A stretch of 5,242 bases of DNA from Selaginella moellendorffii (lineage: Eukaryota > Plantae > Lycopodiophyta): contig NW_003314741.1 in NCBI RefSeq assembly GCF_000143415.4, positions 1 to 5,242 of the forward strand, read 5' to 3'. A program made the position numbers and the translations under genes. Positions 1 to 5,242 of the stretch are shown piece after piece. Under the pieces are notes generated by a model that ran no database searches, was not told the origin of the DNA, and saw only the letters and a list, made by a program, of their open reading frames with translations. How positions within the stretch are numbered: the stretch's first letter is position 1; every line of letters begins with the position of its first letter.

Positions 1-10
1 CCACCTCTCC
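1..10 (-). ncRNA. First 10 nt of a further copy of the small RNA, truncated by the window edge
   Basis: CCACCTCTCC is the reverse complement of the 5' end GGAGAGGTGG and equals 1250-1259, implying the array continues leftward. Confidence 0.55.
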
Positions 11-217
11 GTTACATATTTCGTGTCGGTTAAATTTATTGGGTTTGTGGGGGAGGGGGTTTAACTAGCAAAGGGCGATTATGGGGAGCGCTTAGTGCGA
101 TTAAGTGGGGCTTAAGTTGGGGCAATCGCGGCCGTCGGTGCGGTGGGGTGGTTGACCGGCGGCGATGAGTTTGACCGGCGGTCCCCGTGACACGTGGCTA
201 GGGCTAGGGTCTGGATA

Positions 218-511
218 TGGGTTTTGCGCGAGTGGGCAAGATCCATGGCTCGGTTTGCGGTGGGACTTGAACCGTTGGAAAGCTTGCGTGAGTCCACCCG
301 TTTCCACAGAAACGGATCTGGATTTCGTCGCTCCACCGGCCCGCACCATTGCGATGGGTTTGACGCTGGGTTTTCGAGCGAGTGGGCAACATCCATGGCT
401 CGGTTTGCGGTGGGACTTGAACCGTTGGAAAGCTTGCGTGAGTCCACCCGTTTCCACAGAAACGGATCCCGATTTCGTTGCTCCACCGTCCCACACCATT
501 GCAATGGGTTT
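218..511. repeat. Internal 150-bp-period direct duplication in the spacer (copy A ~218-361, copy B ~367-511)
   Basis: 228-361 aligns to 378-511 with 7 mismatches in 134 bp, and 241-318 is identical to 391-468. Two copies in units 1, 3 and 4, one in unit 2, truncated in unit 5. Confidence 0.97.
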
Positions 512-560
512 TGTGCTGTTCCCGTTGCCATATCTCGTGGACCGTGGGCCCCCTTTCGCC

Positions 561-615
561 CTTGGGCACATGGGAGCAACTGGGGCGGTGCGCGCAACTG
601 GCCCATGTGGCCAAG
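561..615. repeat. 14-bp inverted repeat (13/14 match) enclosing two GCAACTGG direct repeats
   Basis: CTTGGGCACATGGG (561-574) and CCCATGTGGCCAAG (602-615), with GCAACTGG at 576-583 and 594-601. Present in every full unit. Confidence 0.85.
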
Positions 616-1159
616 TACATTTTTCCATGTCCTGGGCGCCTGCTTTTGTGGTTTTTCCCACGGAAGAAGATGCGTCCCACGTGGCGATCCGTGTGCCCGC
701 CCGCACTCCGGCACCAACGGGGCCGGCCGGCGTGACGCCCCGGTCGCGGCCGTGCCAACGGATCGCGGGCCCCATGCGTGGGCTGCCGCCGGGAGTGCAT
801 CTCACTCTCGAGGAAAACACCGCACTGGCGCTCGGGCCTGCACTGGAACGCGACCCCAGGAGCGCCGTGGCGAAGCCCGCGTCGAGGGCATCGATCCGAA
901 TTGGCTGGGCCCCCCATGCCATGCTGGCACCGTGCGTGCCTTGTCGAAAACGGCACACCCTTGCGACCGCTGGGCGAAAGGGGCAAACCCCGAGAGGTCC
1001 TTGCACCTCCTGTCACTGGGGAGGGTGCCCCCCACGAACACGAACCCAACGGCGCCAGTCCCACGCGAAACGCACGCACGGTTCGCGAGAAAACGGCCCC
1101 CAACGCCCGCATTCTCCATTATTCCGAGAGAATATTCCCTCCACTACTTAAATTGTGCC

Positions 1160-1164
1160 AAAAA
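1160..1164 (-). terminator. Pol III oligo-dT terminator, T5 (also 2264-2268, 3513-3517, 4762-4766)
   Basis: AAAAA on + is TTTTT on -, directly at the 3' end of the terminal stem and the first T4+ run after the inferred start. Confidence 0.7.
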
Positions 1165-1180
1165 GAGGTGGCTCCGGGTG

Positions 1181-1190
1181 GGTCTCGACC
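1181..1190 (-). promoter_or_regulatory. Pol III internal promoter, B-box-like (also 2285-2294, 3534-3543, 4783-4792)
   Basis: GGTCGAGACC versus GTTCGANNCC (T>G at position 2), 45 nt downstream of the A-box end, a normal A-B spacing. Confidence 0.65.
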
Positions 1191-1235
1191 CAGGGACCTA
1201 TTTGAGTGGACTTGTTTTTAGATTGGGGGTCTCTG

Positions 1236-1246
1236 CCACTAGGCCT
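1236..1246 (-). promoter_or_regulatory. Pol III internal promoter, A-box-like (also 2340-2350, 3589-3599, 4838-4848)
   Basis: AGGCCTAGTGG versus consensus TRGCNNAGYGG (1 mismatch), at +14..+24 from the inferred start. Confidence 0.7.
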
Positions 1247-1278
1247 CTACCACCTCTCCGTTACATATTTCGTGTCGG

Positions 1279-1289
1279 TTAAATTTATT
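1279..1289 (-). promoter_or_regulatory. TATA-like AT-rich upstream element at -30..-20 (also 30-40, 2383-2393, 3632-3642, 4881-4891)
   Basis: AATAAATTTAA on the minus strand, 11 consecutive A/T in a GC-rich unit, at the position where TFIIIB/TBP binds Pol III genes. Confidence 0.6.
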
Positions 1290-2263
1290 GGGTTTGTGGG
1301 GGAGGGGGTTTAACTAGCAAAGGGCGATTATGGGGAGCGCTTAGTGCGATTAAGTGGGGCTTAAGTTGGGGCAATCGCGGCCGTCGGTGCGGTGGGGTGG
1401 TTGACCGGCGGCGATGAGTTTGACCGGCGGTCCCCGTGACACGTGGCTAGGGCTAGGGTCTGGATATGGGTTTTGCGCGAGTGGGCAAGATCACATCCAT
1501 GGCTCGGTTTGCGGTGGGACTTGAACCGTTGGAAAGCTTGCGTGAGTCCACCCGTTTCCACAGAAACGGATCCCGATTTCGTTGCTCCACCGTCCCACAC
1601 CATTGCAATGGGTTTTGTGCTGTTCCCGTTGCCATATCTCGTGGACCGTGGGCCCCCTTTCGCCCTTGGGCACATGGGAGCAACTGGGGCGGTGCGCGCA
1701 ACTGGCCCATGTGGCCAAGTACATTTTTCCATGTCCTGGGCGCCTGCTTTTGTGGTTTTTCCCACGGAAGAAGATGCGTCCCACGTGGCGATCCGTGTGC
1801 CCGCCCGCACTCCGGCACCAACGGGGCCGGCCGGCGTGACGCCCCGGTCGCGGCCGTGCCAACGGATCGCGGGCCCCATGCGTGGGCTGCCGCCGGGAGT
1901 GCATCTCACTCTCGAGGAAAACACCGCACTGGCGCTCGGGCCTGCACTGGAACGCGACCCCAGGAGCGCCGTGGCGAAGCCCGCGTCGAGGGCATCGATC
2001 CGAATTGGCTGGGCCCCCCATGCCATGCTGGCACCGTGCGTGCCTTGTCGAAAACGGCACACCCTTGCGACCGCTGGGCGAAAGGGGCAAACCCCGAGAG
2101 GTCCTTGCACCTCCTGTCACTGGGGAGGGTGCCCCCCACGAACACGAACCCAACGGCGCCAGTCCCACGCGAAACGCACGCACGGTTCGCGAGAAAACGG
2201 CCCCCAACGCCCGCATTCTCCATTATTCCGAGAGAATATTCCCTCCACTACTTAAATTGTGCC

Positions 2264-2363
2264 AAAAAGAGGTGGCTCCGGGTGGGTCTCGACCCAGGGA
2301 CCTATTTGAGTGGACTTGTTTTTAGATTGGGGGTCTCTGCCACTAGGCCTCTACCACCTCTCC
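2264..2363 (-). ncRNA. Putative Pol III small ncRNA, vault-RNA-like; copy 2
   Basis: Identical to 1160-1259 (offset 1104). Confidence 0.75.
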
Positions 2364-3512
2364 GTTACATATTTCGTGTCGGTTAAATTTATTGGGTTTG
2401 TGGGGGAGGGGGTTTAACTAGCAAAGGGCGATTATGGGGAGCGCTTAGTGCGATTAAGTGGGGCTTAAGTTGGGGCAATCGCGGCCGTCGGTGCGGTGGG
2501 GTGGTTGACCGGCGGCGATGAGTTTGACCGGCGGTCCCCGTGACACGTGGCTAGGGCTAGGGTCTGGATATGGGTTTTGCGCGAGTGGGCAAGATCCATG
2601 GCTCGGTTTGCGGTGGGACTTGAACCGTTGGAAAGCTTGCGTGAGTCCACCCGTTTCCACAGAAACGGATCTGGATTTCGTCGCTCCACCGGCCCGCACC
2701 ATTGCGATGGGTTTGACGCTGGGTTTTCGAGCGAGTGGGCAACATCCATGGCTCGGTTTGCGGTGGGACTTGAACCGTTGGAAAGCTTGCGTGAGTCCAC
2801 CCGTTTCCACAGAAACGGATCCCGATTTCGTTGCTCCACCGTCCCACACCATTGCAATGGGTTTTGTGCTGTTCCCGTTGCCATATCTCGTGGACCGTGG
2901 GCCCCCTTTCGCCCTTGGGCACATGGGAGCAACTGGGGCGGTGCGCGCAACTGGCCCATGTGGCCAAGTACATTTTTCCATGTCCTGGGCGCCTGCTTTT
3001 GTGGTTTTTCCCACGGAAGAAGATGCGTCCCACGTGGCGATCCGTGTGCCCGCCCGCACTCCGGCACCAACGGGGCCGGCCGGCGTGACGCCCCGGTCGC
3101 GGCCGTGCCAACGGATCGCGGGCCCCATGCGTGGGCTGCCGCCGGGAGTGCATCTCACTCTCGAGGAAAACACCGCACTGGCGCTCGGGCCTGGACTGGA
3201 ACGCGACCCCAGGAGCGCCGTGGCGAAGCCCGCGTCGAGGGCATCGATCCGAATTGGCTGGGCCCCCCATGCCATGCTGGCACCGTGCGTGCCTTGTCGA
3301 AAACGGCACACCCTTGCGACCGCTGGGCGAAAGGGGCAAACCCCGAGAGGTCCTTGCACCTCCTGTCACTGGGGAGGGTGCCCCCCACGAACACGAACCC
3401 AACGGCGCCAGTCCCACGCGAAACGCACGCACGGTTCGCGAGAAAACGGCCCCCAACGCCCGCATTCTCCATTATTCCGAGAGAATATTCCCTCCACTAC
3501 TTAAATTGTGCC

Positions 3513-3612
3513 AAAAAGAGGTGGCTCCGGGTGGGTCTCGACCCAGGGACCTATTTGAGTGGACTTGTTTTTAGATTGGGGGTCTCTGCCACTAGGCCTC
3601 TACCACCTCTCC
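3513..3612 (-). ncRNA. Putative Pol III small ncRNA, vault-RNA-like; copy 3
   Basis: Identical to 1160-1259 (offset 2353). Confidence 0.75.
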
Positions 3613-4761
3613 GTTACATATTTCGTGTCGGTTAAATTTATTGGGTTTGTGGGGGAGGGGGTTTAACTAGCAAAGGGCGATTATGGGGAGCGCTTAGTGC
3701 GATTAAGTGGGGCTTAAGTTGGGGCAATCGCGGCCGTCGGTGCGGTGGGGTGGTTGACCGGCGGCGATGAGTTTGACCGGCGGTCCCCGTGACACGTGGC
3801 TAGGGCTAGGGTCTGGATATGGGTTTTGCGCGAGTGGGCAAGATCCATGGCTCGGTTTGCGGTGGGACTTGAACCGTTGGAAAGCTTGCGTGAGTCCACC
3901 CGTTTCCACAGAAACGGATCTGGATTTCGTCGCTCCACCGGCCCGCACCATTGCGATGGGTTTGACGCTGGGTTTTCGAGCGAGTGGGCAACATCCATGG
4001 CTCGGTTTGCGGTGGGACTTGAACCGTTGGAAAGCTTGCGTGAGTCCACCCGTTTCCACAGAAACGGATCCCGATTTCGTTGCTCCACCGTCCCACACCA
4101 TTGCAATGGGTTTTGTGCTGTTCCCGTTGCCATATCTCGTGGACCGTGGGCCCCCTTTCGCCCTTGGGCACATGGGAGCAACTGGGGCGGTGCGCGCAAC
4201 TGGCCCATGTGGCCAAGTACATTTTTCCATGTCCTGGGCGCCTGCTTTTGTGGTTTTTCCCACGGAAGAAGATGCGTCCCACGTGGCGATCCGTGTGCCC
4301 GCCCGCACTCCGGCACCAACGGGGCCGGCCGGCGTGACGCCCCGGTCGCGGCCGTGCCAACGGATCGCGGGCCCCATGCGTGGGCTGCCGCCGGGAGTGC
4401 ATCTCACTCTCGAGGAAAACACCGCACTGGCGCTCGGGCCTGCACTGGAACGCGACCCCAGGAGCGCCGTGGCGAAGCCCGCGTCGAGGGCATCGATCCG
4501 AATTGGCTGGGCCCCCCATGCCATGCTGGCACCGTGCGTGCCTTGTCGAAAACGGCACACCCTTGCGACCGCTGGGCGAAAGGGGCAAACCCCGAGAGGT
4601 CCTGGCACCTCCTGTCACTGGGGAGGGTGCCCCCCACGAACACGAACCCAACGGCGCCAGTCCCACGCGAAACGCACGCACGGTTCGCGAGAAAACGGCC
4701 CCCAACGCCCGCATTCTCCATTATTCCGAGAGAATATTCCCTCCACTACTTAAATTGTGCC

Positions 4762-4861
4762 AAAAAGAGGTGGCTCCGGGTGGGTCTCGACCCAGGGACC
4801 TATTTGAGTGGACTTGTTTTTAGATTGGGGGTCTCTGCCACTAGGCCTCTACCACCTCTCC
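4762..4861 (-). ncRNA. Putative Pol III small ncRNA, vault-RNA-like; copy 4
   Basis: Identical to 1160-1259 (offset 3602). Confidence 0.75.
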
Positions 4862-5242
4862 GTTACATATTTCGTGTCGGTTAAATTTATTGGGTTTGTG
4901 GGGGAGGGGGTTTAACTAGCAAAGGGCGATTATGGGGAGCGCTTAGTGCGATTAAGTGGGGCTTAAGTTGGGGCAATCGCGGCCGTCGGTGCGGTGGGGT
5001 GGTTGACCGGCGGCGATGAGTTTGACCGGCGGTCCCCGTGACACGTGGCTAGGGCTAGGGTCTGGATATGGGTTTTGCGCGAGTGGGCAAGATCCATGGC
5101 TCGGTTTGCGGTGGGACTTGAACCGTTGGAAAGCTTGCGTGAGTCCACCCGTTTCCACAGAAACGGATCTGGATTTCGTCGCTCCACCGGCCCGCACCAT
5201 TGCGATGGGTTTGGCGCTGGGTTATCGAGCGAGTGGGCAACA

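Larger units (their letters stand above)
1160..1259 (-). ncRNA. Putative Pol III small non-coding RNA (~100 nt), vault-RNA-like; copy 1
   Basis: Minus strand reads GGAGAGGTGGTAGAGGCCTAGTGGCAGAGACCCCCAATCTAAAAACAAGTCCACTCAAATAGGTCCCTGGGTCGAGACCCACCCGGAGCCACCTCTTTTT. A-box-like AGGCCTAGTGG at 1246-1236 and B-box-like GGTCGAGACC at 1190-1181 (1 mismatch to GTTCGANNCC). 5' GGAGAGGTGG pairs with 3' CCACCTCTTT (8 Watson-Crick plus 2 G-U). It ends in T5 with no internal T4. The Pol III gene call is better supported than the vault family assignment. Confidence 0.75.
1..5242. repeat. Head-to-tail tandem array of a ~1249-bp unit (4 full units plus a partial fifth)
   Basis: The opening CCACCTCTCCGTTACATATTTCG recurs at 1, 1250, 2354, 3603 and 4852 (spacings 1249, 1104, 1249, 1249), and the ORF track repeats with the same offsets. 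Differences I found versus unit 1: the 145-bp deletion in unit 2, C>G at 3194, T>G at 4604, A>G at 5214 and T>A at 5224. Confidence 0.99.

Noticed and set aside
29-80. Spliced-leader or Sm snRNA gene on + (GGTTTAA resembling the nematode SL1 start; Sm-like AATTTATTGG)
   Set aside because: Similarity stops after 7 nt, no splice donor follows at the expected position, and the Sm-like motif lies upstream rather than downstream. It is better explained as the minus-strand TATA-like element.
160-181. Hammerhead ribozyme (retrozyme-type tandem repeat)
   Set aside because: GCGATGAG is not the CUGANGA core, and I found no core plus GAAA with supporting helices on either strand.
197-209. Telomeric repeat (CTAGGG x2)
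   Set aside because: Only two copies of a non-canonical hexamer, too short to call.
218-511. CRISPR array
   Set aside because: The repeats are ~150 bp and 1249 bp with no unique spacers, and there are no cas genes.
971-1000. GGCAAACC/GNRA-rich segment reminiscent of a c-di-GMP-I riboswitch
   Set aside because: Only a 4-bp GGGG-CAAA-CCCC stem is present, the downstream conserved motif and second hairpin are missing, and no gene follows.
1160-1259. tRNA gene, with or without intron
   Set aside because: With the A and B boxes in tRNA register the acceptor strands (GTGGTAG / CCGGAGC) do not pair and there is no anticodon stem. The real terminal stem lies outside tRNA geometry.
1160-1259. 5S rRNA, Y RNA, U6 or SRP RNA as the arrayed gene
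   Set aside because: No 5S box C or recognisable 5S sequence, no Ro60 bulged-C helix, no ACAGAGA box, no SRP motifs, and the B-box layout does not fit these families.
101-1282. Long overlapping ORFs (200-360 aa) on both strands, repeated in each unit
   Set aside because: They are open in most frames at once because the DNA is GC-rich and stop-poor. The products are Arg/Pro/Gly/Ala-rich with no recognisable domain, and the 145-bp frameshifting deletion in unit 2 is tolerated.
5211-5242. Two clustered substitutions (5214, 5224) as a diverged unit variant
   Set aside because: Both lie within the last 30 bp of the sequence and may be end-of-read or contig errors.
1-5242. Concatemer artefact of a single 1249-bp circle
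   Set aside because: Not fully excludable, but the distinct 1104-bp unit between full units and unit-specific substitutions favour a genuine heterogeneous array, and no replication gene is present.

Overview
The whole window is a head-to-tail tandem array of a GC-rich, near-identical 1249-bp unit: 1-1249, 1250-2353 (1104 bp, carrying a 145-bp deletion), 2354-3602, 3603-4851 and a partial unit at 4852-5242. I see no credible protein-coding gene. Each unit carries one compact ~100-nt minus-strand segment built like an RNA polymerase III type-2 gene. It has an AT-rich TATA-like element at -30..-20, a purine start, an A-box-like motif (AGGCCTAGTGG), a B-box-like motif (GGTCGAGACC), a 10-bp 5'/3' terminal stem and a T5 terminator. 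It does not fold as a tRNA and is not 5S rRNA. Its size, box layout and panhandle pairing best fit a vault-RNA-like small RNA, apparently amplified as a homogenised array like 5S, snRNA or SL-RNA arrays. The ~1.15-kb spacer holds a 150-bp-period duplication, several palindromes and hairpins, a G-rich tract and over-represented short motifs. The RNA family and host organism cannot be confirmed without database searches.
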